Assembly: GCF_000002075.1 (NCBI RefSeq)
Contig: NW_004797295.1
Coordinates: 1,097,176 to 1,160,833, forward strand
Direction of reading: 5' to 3'
DNA length: 63,658 nt
Source of the DNA: Aplysia californica
Taxonomy: Eukaryota
Positions 51,150 through 62,203 of the stretch are shown piece after piece; position 1 is the stretch's first letter, and every line of letters starts with the position of its first letter. Made by a program: the position numbers and the translations under genes. A model generated the notes under the pieces. The model was not told where the DNA came from and searched no databases. It saw nothing but the letters and a program-made list of their open reading frames with translations.

Positions 51150-51266
51150 CTGGGCTAGGCTACTGAATGAAAAAGTGTCATCTTGAAGCACCCAGGCCCC
51201 AGTGCCTTGGAAAGCATGTCCAGCATAGAGCACATACTTGGTTGGGGAAGATGCAATCAAAAGTTT
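51150..51266 (-). CDS. futsch: MAP1/Futsch coding exon
   Basis: KLLIASSPTKYVLYAGHAFQGTGAWVLQDDTFSFSSLAQ; CTCAG acceptor, CAG|GTATGA donor; phase 0 to 0. Confidence 0.9.
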
Positions 51267-51346
51267 CTGAGGATAAAGAAAGAGAAAAAGAAAAAATGAT
51301 AAGTTCTCACTGAAATACATGTACCTACATTATTTCCTTGGTTTAA

Positions 51347-51583
51347 CCCTTTGAGCCCAGACCTTTTGAGGCTACCCTGCCCCTCTGCCTGATATTACTA
51401 ATATTCATGTGATTGTCAGAATCACATTACATATCCTACTCATGGTAGTCATCGTTATTACTAGCATTTAATTGAGTAAGACCTTCAAAATAATCAGCCA
51501 CGTCCTGTGCAGCAAATACGGTTTCCCGCACGCGATTTGTCCAAGGTGGACCAGTTTGGGGATTGTGTCGAGGACTAAGAGGG
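51347..51583. mobile_element. Possible piggyBac-type MITE
   Basis: TTAA|CCCTTTGAGCCC ... GGACTAAGAGGG|TTAA. Confidence 0.5.
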
Positions 51584-52238
51584 TTAAAAGAGGCCCAATA
51601 ATAATAGAATGGTCAAGGAACTAAAAACCAGTATATCTAAGTTTACTTTTTACAGATAAGCCGAGTCCATATAAGTATTACAGAAATACACAAGCTCCTA
51701 CATTTATCAATACGTATACATTTTTGCTTAGACAACTGAAATTATTAAAACTTCTTTAGAGTGCACTCTTGACATTAAGAATTACACATGAAGTTCACAG
51801 GACATGGTATGACCTGAAAGGCCAAACAGAACAATAACGTAGCTTACTTAAGACTATTCATAAATGGTCAGAACTGCGAACAGTCTTTAATAATCAAACA
51901 AAATAAATTTCTATTTCTTCCAACATGTCAACTCAACTGAGAAATTTCTCATTTTGCTTTGGCATTGGTTGAGCTTCATTTTGAGAATGTCATATAGCAT
52001 AGCACGAGAGGAAGTTGATAGCAGAATTTTGGGAGGTTTCCACTTTATTATAGAGAACTTGAAAGGCTTTGAGTAGATTGCTTGTTTGAATTGTTTTTAT
52101 TAATGTGGGTATTCAGGAATCGAACTCAGGTCTAAAAAAATGTGACAGCAAAGTGCCTAACAGGATCACCAGAAGTTGGTTTGCCGACTGTATCGATAAT
52201 AGTGTATCTTGACACTGATATGGGTTTCTCCTTCATAC

Positions 52239-52327
52239 CTTTAGAGAGTTTTTCACAGACTGAGCGAGAGGATTGATCAAAATTTCCACGGAGAGATTCT
52301 CAGACTGGTGCTGTATCAATCGCTCAC
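52239..52327 (-). CDS. futsch: MAP1/Futsch coding exon
   Basis: (G)ERLIQHQSENLSVEILINPLAQSVKNSLK; TTTAG acceptor, AAG|GTATGA donor; phase 1 to 0. Confidence 0.9.
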
Positions 52328-52957
52328 CTAAAGGACAAGATAAAAAAATCATTTTAAGAATTGTTGACACAGTAGACTTTCTTACCTAAACAAGTAAACA
52401 TTTTTCAAAAAGGTGGGAATATACATGTTCATAATGTTTTTAAAAAAGACAGCATCGCATGGCAAACTGATGAGGATAAATTGAATGATGTTGACAACCT
52501 TTGTTACCACTAGGAACAGACATAAGAACAATTTCCCAAATAAAATGGCATTTAATACCAGACTTTGCCTTTCGAAAAATGAGGGAGAAGAAGAACGATA
52601 TGGCACCATTCATAAGAAAAAGTACGAATTTCGTAAGCAGCTTAAACCTTTCAGAAATATCTCCATAATAGTTCCAGAATTTTCTTTGACGTTGTAGTAT
52701 AATTATGCTTTGCTCCTGCCATGATGGCATTGTTGTACAAAACAAAAGGTATGGAATTTCAACACAAAAAGACAACACACCAAGAAATGAGCATTTAAGC
52801 AAACACAAGACGATGAACTTCAAACTCATCACAGCAACTGCTTGCTGAAAAAAAAGACATCCATGTGATAGATCTAGAATGACATCTTTACACATACAGA
52901 TAAGCCTTTACAAAAGGAGCAACAAATTTAAACACAAAGTAATAGAGCACTGAACCA

Positions 52958-53022
52958 ATACACACACACACACATACACACACACACTCACAGACTAACA
53001 CACGTGCACACACACACACACA
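52958..53022. repeat. Imperfect (CA)n microsatellite
   Basis: Direct reading. Confidence 0.85.
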
Positions 53023-53632
53023 TTAAGGCACCCCAGAAATAATTAACCTGGGTTTTTTATCACTACATTGCTATCTAATTCACACCAATGTCATCTTCCT
53101 GATAAATAGATTATGCACACGAACGGTATCTACCATTTACATGCAAAAGTGCACAGCTGATCTTGCAGGTTTCAATATTAGTCAGGATTACAGAATCGCC
53201 TACTCGACATATACTTTTGATACAAAGTACACTTCAACATGGCTTTATTAAAAGAGTTATGAATACCTGTAAGTATAAGTCTTCATCGTAAACATATGTA
53301 TTTAGAGAATATCTGTTTAAATATTTTAAAATTTGCCAATCCATCCATTAATCTGATAATATACTGCTTCTTTCTCATTCATGTACTGCATTTAAAGGGC
53401 TGTCAACAACAGATTCTTCAATCTCAAACCATAATTGATTCCTTAGCAGGCCTACACTGGTTATATTCTACTAGAGGAGCCATCCCTTCCCTTCCAAGAA
53501 CAATACCCCAAGACAAACAAGATCTCATATTTTGTATTTTATTTTGTTTTAAGGCGCTCGCAACTGCATAAAGACCTCATATTTCACTTTGAACAAAAAC
53601 TAGTACACACATTTAGACTTTACATAATATGT

Positions 53633-54024
53633 TTAGTTTTAGTTTTTGTAAGGTTTTACGGCGATTGCAACTGCATAAGGTCATATGAGCACCAAGGGGT
53701 GGATGTCTACAAAGAAGTCCAAACGGGGAATCAGGCTTATTCTGCTCACCTCTCTAGCATCAACAGCACAAAGTCTGCTTTGACTATTAAGGCACCCCGG
53801 AAATAGCAGTTCACAAAAGAGAGACAAACATACAAAAGGAGTAGAGGAAAAATGATAATAGTAAGGATGAGGAAAGAAAAAGCAGCAGTTCCCTCTATGT
53901 TGTTCCAGGACAGTATGAGCATTACATATAGATAAATCAGCCCATTTACAATTCTACTGTGCATAAGAACATGTTTATATCCCCCCTTTTGGAATGGTCT
54001 AAAGACACTTCAGTCAGTAGCACT
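53633..54024 (-). mobile_element. Headless SINE-like retroposon, copy D
   Basis: Homology; possible 6-bp TSD ATATGT at 53627-53632 and 54025-54030. A 3'-end-only fragment lies at 53545-53571. Confidence 0.85.
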
Positions 54025-55343
54025 ATATGTGAAGCGTGCAGACAACATGAGTTACTTCTCAGATTTGAACCCTATGGAAATAGATACATCATGTTTATAT
54101 GTGAAGTTTTTACAATTTATAAGTATGAAATAATAAAAGACAGGTTATAGTTAAAGAATATGTCATCAATAGAAAATCTACAAATTTGACCCTGACGTCG
54201 ATTTTTGGCCAATATCTCCATTAATTGTGAATTGCGAGAAGTAACTCATTTTGTCAGCTCGCCTCACATATAAATAGGTTACATGTTTACTAAATAGAGA
54301 CCCATTTTGATATCTATGACACTAGTGACACATCCATTAAAATGGTTTCTCACAGACTATATTAATATTATTGTCAATCGATGTGGTTGAGCAACATAAA
54401 CAAAACTCAGGCCCTCATATTGAAGCTCATGCAAGAAATACAGGAATGAGTATTATCCTTTGTTATGATCAACGACAAGCTTGTTAATGTCCTTGTTACA
54501 CTTTTCAGTCACTTAAAATCAGTACATAAAACTGCACTTTTTGTCATGCATTAAATAACTTATACCACAAGGAAGCTTTTAACAATTTTCATGAGTCACC
54601 AGTCCAGTCATATGAATCTGGAATCTTGACTTTGAAACAGCAAGAAACAAAGCACAGTCCACATATGAAACTGTTGACCTCATATCCACAGTGGGCACAT
54701 AAAAAAATCAAGTATAAAACACCACAGTTAACTGAAACTGAGCTGCAAAAATCAGCTCAGCTGGATCTTTCTTTCATTCTGTTTAGAACAGCAGTCCACA
54801 AACATGTGAAATACTAATGGTACTGCATCTTTAAAAACAATAAATGCCCACTGCTGACAAAACTGCGATGAGATAGAACTTGCTCGTATTCAACTCCTTT
54901 CTGCATCAAATACAACGGTGACGCCAACAAAATAATACACAGCACATTCACAGTGACAGCAAGACATGACTTATGAATCTGCAGGTGTCGGTGCAACTAT
55001 TACTATGTTATAGCTATCTCAACGACCACACACATACATAAGCTCTCATAAATACAAGAAACATATTTTGAAGATGATATGCAGTACAAAGCAATCAAAC
55101 ATACTGAGTTAACTGAACATAAAAAAGCTGGGTTAGTCGTGAACATTGCTCTCACAAAGACAAAAAAATGAGCTAAAAGTGTGACGCACAATTTATTTTT
55201 ACATTGCAAACAATGCATAGGTTGTACAACAGAACAACAGGCATAAGATTTGAACACAAAGAATACAACTTAATTATACGCTTGCTGCTTGCAATGCATG
55301 CATTTAAAAAATAGACCAAAAAAAGGAGGCTTATGCCTACTAC

Positions 55344-55358
55344 CTGGCTTCTTGCTGG
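55344..55358 (-). CDS. Candidate 15-nt microexon of MAP1/Futsch (adds ASKKP)
   Basis: Long pyrimidine tract and TAG, then CCAGCAAGAAGCCAG, then GTAGTA. Phase 1-1, no stop codon. Confidence 0.5.
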
Positions 55359-55915
55359 CTAATAAAAAACAATGGAAAAATAAAGGAATTGAAAGAATTA
55401 CAAAATTAAAAAGCTATAGCATCTTTAACAGACAGAAAACAGAAATAAATGTTTGAGCTCTCATCGTTTCACATCATTTTTTGGTGTAAAAGAAGAAATT
55501 AAGCTTTTTGCCAAATCCGTTGAAATATTAGCTTTTGCTGCACCTTATGCCAATATACGTGTACCTTTGTACCCTATCTGACTGTATGCTGACAACTTGT
55601 CGCACAAAAAGATTCGATGCCATAAATTTCTTTTTCTATAACTACATATGCTCTACATATCACAGTCCCTAATACGAATGAGGGAGATTCCCAATTGAAG
55701 ATGGTACTAATTAAATGTAGAATGGCATACATGATGTAACACCTGTGTCTAAAAGTCAGTAACTTTTTATTCAAATAGTGAAGTTATGCTTATAATGGGA
55801 TACAAATTATACACAACATTGAGTTAGCCTGTGTAATAATTATAAATGGGATAATTTTTGTTGTGTTGATCTTAAATCATGTACTTTCCAGTGATAAACT
55901 GTTCGATATACATAC

Positions 55916-56014
55916 CATTGGCCCCTTCCTCCCCCAAGGATGCTCTGTTAGCAATTTGTGCCAGTTCATCGTTGATGTCAATACCAGTGTCCTCCACATC
56001 CCAGCAGCGGAATC
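55916..56014 (-). CDS. futsch: MAP1/Futsch coding exon (most 5' exon found; gene is 5'-partial)
   Basis: (G)FRCWDVEDTGIDINDELAQIANRASLGEEGAN resembles MAP1 GIRSWD...ELKLF. TTACAG acceptor, G|GTATGT donor; phase 1 to 1. Confidence 0.9.
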
Positions 56015-56380
56015 CTGTAAAAAAAGAAAAAAAAGAAAAGCAAAACGTCAAAACATAGCATTCTTTACTTCAGTTATAGACATCATGATATCAAGTAGTA
56101 GTTTATGACGAATTAGCACAGAAACTGCAAAATTTAGTTGAAAATAGAGTAGTAAAATAGAACCACAAGTAGACAAAGCAGACAATGCAAGAGCAACTAC
56201 CAACCTCTGGCTAAGATTCATAGACAAAACCACAGCAGAGGCCATTTAGCACAGGGCAAGGGGAAATAGATTGGCTGAAATTTTTTACCCCCCTCCCCCC
56301 CAAAAAAGAAACCCCCAACTAACACAAAAAACCCAACGCTTCATTTAAACAGCAGAACCCATCAGGTGCATCCCTCTCCT

Positions 56381-56786
56381 GTTTTAATTTTAGTGGAGGT
56401 TTTACGGCGCTCGCAACTGCATAGGGTCATATGAGCGCCAAGGGGTGGATGTCAACAGAGAAGTTCTTACAGGAAATAAGGCTTACTCTGTTTACCTCTT
56501 TAGCTTCAACAGGACAAAGTCTGCTTCGACTATTAAGGCACCCCAGAAATAGCGGGTCACAAGAGTGTGACAAACATACAAAAGAAGTAGAGGAAAATGA
56601 CGATAGTAAGGATTAGGAAAGAAAAAGCAGCATGCTAGCAGTTACTTCTTGCAGTTCAGGCACAGTTATGAATATCACATTGACAAATCACCCCATTTAG
56701 ATTTTCTACAGTGCATAAGAACATGTTAATGTCCCCCCTTTGGGAATAGCCTAAAGACACTTCAGTCAGTAGCACCGCCCCGAAGG
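56381..56786 (-). mobile_element. Headless SINE-like retroposon, copy E
   Basis: Homology to copies A-D over their full length. Confidence 0.87.
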
Positions 56787-57231
56787 GTAATCTCCCCCCC
56801 CCCTCCCAAGCACACGCACACACACACACACACAAACACACACTGAATTGCAACTGAGGAAGGATGTTCTGAATTCCAAATGTCAGAATAATTATGAATG
56901 ACCCACTGTACTCCACTGCAACAGCTTGCACCTCTAATGTTCACTTCTGAGATTTCTATTTTTGTTTCAAAAGAAAACGTACACTTCATTCTTTGTTCTT
57001 TCCACTTTAACCAAATCAATACACAGCTTTTCAAAAAAAGAATAACCGACACATTTGATTTTATTGTTTGGTAAAAGTTTTATGGCACACACAACAGCAT
57101 AAGGTCACACCAGCGCGGCTCTTAATGAATAAGATTTTTTTAAAATGCAGCTTTAACCACAATACAACATTCAGGACCCAGGAAACAGCATGCTGCTCCA
57201 AACAAAGAGCTTTTGAAGTTTTTAAAAAGTT

Positions 57232-57402
57232 TAATTAGTAGAGGTTTTACGACGCTCGCAACTATATAAAGTCATATGACCGCCAGAAGATTAGAGGTCA
57301 GAGAGTAACAAACATAAAAAGGAAGAAGGGGAGATAAGGGTGATAGATGTTTGATAGGAAAGAAGAAGCAAACCACACCAGAGCACCCGCCAACCACCCA
57401 CA
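57232..57402 (-). mobile_element. Second retroposon subfamily sharing the 3' stem-loop, copy 1
   Basis: AGTAGAGGTTTTACGACGCTCGCAAC... then AGATTAGAGGT...AGCACCCGCCAACCACCC, homologous to 57518-57692. Confidence 0.65.
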
Positions 57403-57517
57403 AGCTTTTGAAGAGCTTGGATAAAGGGTTGCGAGTCCTATAGCACACTTACGCAGGTTGGTTTTATTTGACTTCACTAAATGATTTATGGTAGGTTGGG
57501 GGTGGGGGGGGGTCTTA

Positions 57518-57692
57518 GTTCAGTTTTAGTAACAGTTTTACGGTACTTGCATCACAAGCAGGTCTTGTAAGTACCAAAGATTAGAGGTTATTAGTGAATA
57601 ACATACAAAGGAAAGAAGAGGGTAGAATGATGAGGACAGATGTTGATATGAAAGAAGGAGAAAACAACACCACAGCACCCGCCAACCACCCC
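57518..57692 (-). mobile_element. Second retroposon subfamily, copy 2
   Basis: Homologous to 57232-57402; terminal stem GGTACTT / AAGTACC. Confidence 0.65.
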
Positions 57693-59738
57693 CATGGGAT
57701 CGTCATGAACGCTGAGCGGGAGAAAAACAAAACAAAACAAAAACAACTAAACATTGCACTCGTAATAATGAGGAATGCCACGGCGATGTGTTGGAGGTGC
57801 TGATGGCCACTTAACGCATTCCAAATGTGAGTTGTCGGGCGGCCGACGACCTAGTTCACGTTTACTACTGATATGTCGGCAACTTGTTATAGTAGTATAC
57901 TTCAGGATCTGCCTTCACTTCCCGTTCAAGTCAAAGTAAAACAAATTATATATGTACATCAATTTATATGAGAGAGAAAGAAAAAGAGAGAGACAGAGGG
58001 NNNNNNNNNNNNNNNNNNNNNNNNNNNNNNNNNNNNNNNNNNNNNNNNNNNNNNNNNNNNNNNNNNNNNNNNNNNNNNNNNNNNNNNNNNNNNNNNNNNN
58101 NNNNNNNNNNNNNNNNNNNNNNNNNNNNNNNNNNNNNNNNNNNNNNNNNNNNNNNNNNNNNNNNNNNCTAAATGAAGATAACCTTGCGTGAAGTGACTCT
58201 GNNNNNNNNNNNNNNNNNNNNNNNNNNNNNNNNNNNNNNNNNNNNNNNNNNNNNNNNNNNNNNNNNNNNNNNNNNNNNNNNNNNNNNNNNNNNNNNNNNN
58301 NAAGGGGGGGGGGTCCTGAAAGTTTAAATTCATACATATGTATATTAAAACACGGCCATAGGGTCTACACATACACCCTCCCTCTCACGAGCCAATTGCG
58401 CCGATGGTCTTGCATCTAGGAACTCAGCCTAGACTTGCTTCCATCCTCGAGGAAAAGACCAATCACGGAAGCCTATTGTTCACATTAAATGCGTCTTTTC
58501 TTCAAGCTGTGAAAATTTCCATATCAAAAGAACAAAATGCTAATTAAATCTCCAGATTATTTAACTCCATTCTCCTTCACTCAAGAATAATATTGTTGTC
58601 TGCAATGCGCATATCGACCGCTTCTCGCCAGCCTAATAAAGAAAGTAACAGACACTTAATGGAATTTAAGTCGAGTCAAGGTAACCCTGCTATCGATTGG
58701 AACGAAATCTCACGTCAAATATTTGGACAAAAGAAGCATAGAAAAGGAGTAGGCCTCTCGGATATATGAAGAAAAGCACATTTACGAAACCAAGCAAATT
58801 CTTTTAATATCAACACCCAACCCCCGACCCCCCGAAACAAACCCAGACAAAGCCCAAATCACAGCCCTGGACTCCTCTTACACCCATAATATTTTGGCAG
58901 CACACATAACACAGTCGAGTGACGAACGGGCAAAGACAACAGCTCGGACAGCGACACAGTTTTAACTACCTGGGAGAAGGCAACCATAAAATTGGACACA
59001 TCATTTTGGTGGACGATACCAGCGGGAGAGCCGCTTTGCACAATTTGTATCAGTTGCAAAAAAGCGCAGCGATACAATAACGTGTCTCAGCTTTTAACAA
59101 ACAATACCAGAAAACGTGGATCCTTGTGGCGTTAAAAAGTAACAAAAAAAAAAAAAAAAAGAAATCGTCGAGGTGTGTAGGTTGCAGGGAATCAGCCACG
59201 CTGACAAGTTACAATACTAAAATAAGTTGGGGCAACAGGATGTCGTTATTCTTGTTGAGATTAAGTTTATAAGGATCACACCATCGGCTATGTAGGCAAG
59301 GACACATTAAGACAACAGAAAAAAGAAAAGAAGGAGAAAAAAAGTATACAACATGATCGATCGACAGCGTCCAAAACCACCCACATACACTGAGAAAACA
59401 AACAACAAAAAGGCAGAGAGAAATAACAAATACCTATAAAATTATAGGTATGTAATGTATAAATGTCAAACAACAACTGAAAAGCGTAGTTTTAAAAAGT
59501 AACAAAAGTTTGATAACTCGACAACCACATCCAGTCATCTGTACTAGTCATAAGTGAATTTCAGAAGAGGCACATTCTTTCTGTCTCCCGCACCCTCTCA
59601 CCTCACCAGGAGGTCATGGTTGGCCACTTGTTGGCCCTTGGTGTCATACAAGGTCGCGAGTCAAGTAGTCACGACTATGAAGGATCTTGTACTTACAGGT
59701 CACGATAGCGATGTACATGTGGAACATACGCACGCGCA

Positions 59739-59780
59739 TGTGTGTGAGTGTGCTTATGTGTGTGTGTGTGTGTGTGTGTT

Positions 59781-59811
<31 letters not shown>

Positions 59812-59927
59812 NNNNNNNNNNNNNNNNNNNNNNNNNNNNNNNNNNNNNNNNNNNNNNNNNNNNNNNNNNNNNNNNNNNNNNNNNNNNNNNNNNNNNNNNN
59901 NNNNNNNNNNNTGTGTGTGTGTGTGTG
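59739..59927. repeat. (TG)n microsatellite spanning a gap
   Basis: Direct reading. Confidence 0.9.
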
Positions 59928-60706
59928 AGGGGGGGGGGGGGGTTGGGTTGGCGCGCCAAATAGAAGGTAAGTAAAAAGAATAAAAAGATCATTTTGGAGA
60001 AAGAAAGATTTGTTTATTTGTTCGAGTAAAGAGAAGCACACCGATACAATAATGGTCATTTAGTGCTGGAAAAAGGTTAGGCAGTTATACAGAAACAACA
60101 GAAGGAAAGTAAACAAGTATGACCTACCAGTGGTGCTCTCCAACCAACCGCAAGAGTTAAAAAGCTGGGGTAGATCTACATAAGGCGACAGACAGGCGGA
60201 AACATTAGAGGGAACACACATGTACTTCGCAGACACCGTAATAAGGCAAGGGGAAAGCAAGACTGACACACGGGAACGACATTAGATATGTACAAAAAAC
60301 GCTGAAGATCTATACAAAAAACGTAACACAATATTGCGAGCGACGGACCGAGCAAGTTTTGATGACCTTGCGTGACACGGAATATGAACCGACTCGTCTC
60401 TCGGCTCTATCCCGCAGGGGACACAGATGACAGGAGGAAGATGAAATCGATTCACCCAGGGCGAGGGCGGGGGGGGGGGGGGTGACAACAGACAAGATAC
60501 CAGTGACGAGCGAGGGCACGACAGTATACGTGCCTGTCGGTACAGCCTACTGACTTAATCGATGCAAACACAATTTCAGGGCTCCTCCCTGTCGGGTCTA
60601 ATTTAAGATCGGGGTAAAGTTCTGCTGCGGATGCATAAGGTCGTCCCAAAAACGTTATTCGTTGTAAATGGGTGGATGGCATCAAAGACTCCCAAAACAA
60701 CCACAC

Positions 60707-60769
60707 ATCCCGTCGGGGATTCGAACTAGGAAATCTGCTCCGTGGTCCTGCATGATACCAACTGAACTA
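60707..60769 (-). mobile_element. tRNA-derived SINE head or tRNA pseudogene
   Basis: Minus strand TAGTTCAGTTGGT (A box) ... GTTCGAATCCCCGACGGGA (B box); no intact cloverleaf. Confidence 0.55.
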
Positions 60770-62014
60770 ACGTCGCGTCTGCAAATGAATCACGCTAGTA
60801 TGTCTTGAGAACAAAATTTAAATGCAGTCCCACAGCCTGGGCGAGTTCAGATTTAATTTAGACGAGTGAACTCGATAGCGCCTATCCATTGCCAAAAACA
60901 ACCTATACAAGTCTGAAAAAAGCAGACCACACTCGAGTGTTTACCACCCACCCTCCTACCAGATCTCAGACAACCAGACTCAAACTTGGAACCTCTGCAT
61001 TTAGAGATAAGTGCACTTCCAGTTCACCCAATACGCCCCCACAACATGAAACCAGCCTTGACTGGAGGTGCTGACCATATACTGGATAAAAAAAAAAAAA
61101 AAAAAAAGCACCGGCAGTAAATGTCAACCTAGTGATGCAGACAACAATGGTGAAGAACGAGGAGGCGGAGGCAACTTTGTGTTGACGGTGCAGACAACAG
61201 TGTCGGCCTACAGTTCCACGTTGCCTGATTAACATCAAGTGACACCAGACGTGCCGAAGGTCTGAGTCACGGCGGAGACACCGGTAATCAATGAAAAGCA
61301 CGTACAAGCACATAGAGACGTNNNNNNNNNNNNNNNNNNNNNNNNNNNNNNNNNNNNNNNNNNNNNNNNNNNNNNNNNNNNNNNNNNNNNNNNNNNNNNN
61401 NNNNNNNNNNNNNNNNNNNNNNNNNNNNNNNNNNNNNNNNNNNNNNNNNNNNNNNNNNNNNNNNNNNNNNNNNNNNNNGTGTAAACACACAGACAGGATA
61501 ACGGTCCGAAATAAACGAATGTATCCTTTTCATTTTGTGTGTCTGTGTTTATGGAGGACAAAATCGTAGGGAGGAAGGGGTCGAGGTGTTGTGATTAGCC
61601 GAGACATGATGCACGGTTGATGCCCCCCGCACACCCTACTTCGCACTTTATCGGGCCGTACACAATGGATGGTCCACTCTAGCATGCGGGTTGTGATAAA
61701 ACAGGGCTAGTTATTCTGCCTGCAGTGGCAGCTGGAACAGCAGTGTTTACGGTAAACAAGCCGCTTCACGCAGCCACACTCGGACATTATCAGCTTATCT
61801 GGAACGGTCTCCGAGGTAGACTGTAGCTCGTCCACTCCTATATTATGACATTTATTTTTTTGGATGTCTACATCCTTCCTCGGCCCTGTCCTTTCACATT
61901 GTGGCCTGGAGTTTGGCAGCCCGAAAGCAACTCAGTCTGTCTTTCACACAAACATGCCCACATAGTTAATACATGTGCAACCCCACCCCTTCCCACAATG
62001 TATCCCCCCTCCCC

Positions 62015-62025
<11 letters not shown>

Positions 62026-62090
<65 letters not shown>

Positions 62091-62203
62091 NNNNNNNNNN
62101 NNNNNNNNNNNNNNNNNNNNNNNNNNNNNNNNNNNNNNNNNNNNNNNNNNNNNNNNNNNNNNNNNNNNNNNNNNNNNNNNNNNNNNNNNNACACACACAC
62201 ACC
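62026..62203. repeat. (CA)n microsatellite spanning a gap
   Basis: Direct reading. Confidence 0.9.

Noticed and set aside
60451-60468. TTCACCCAGGGCGAGG resembling part of U1 snRNA
   Set aside because: Match too short; flanks do not follow U1.
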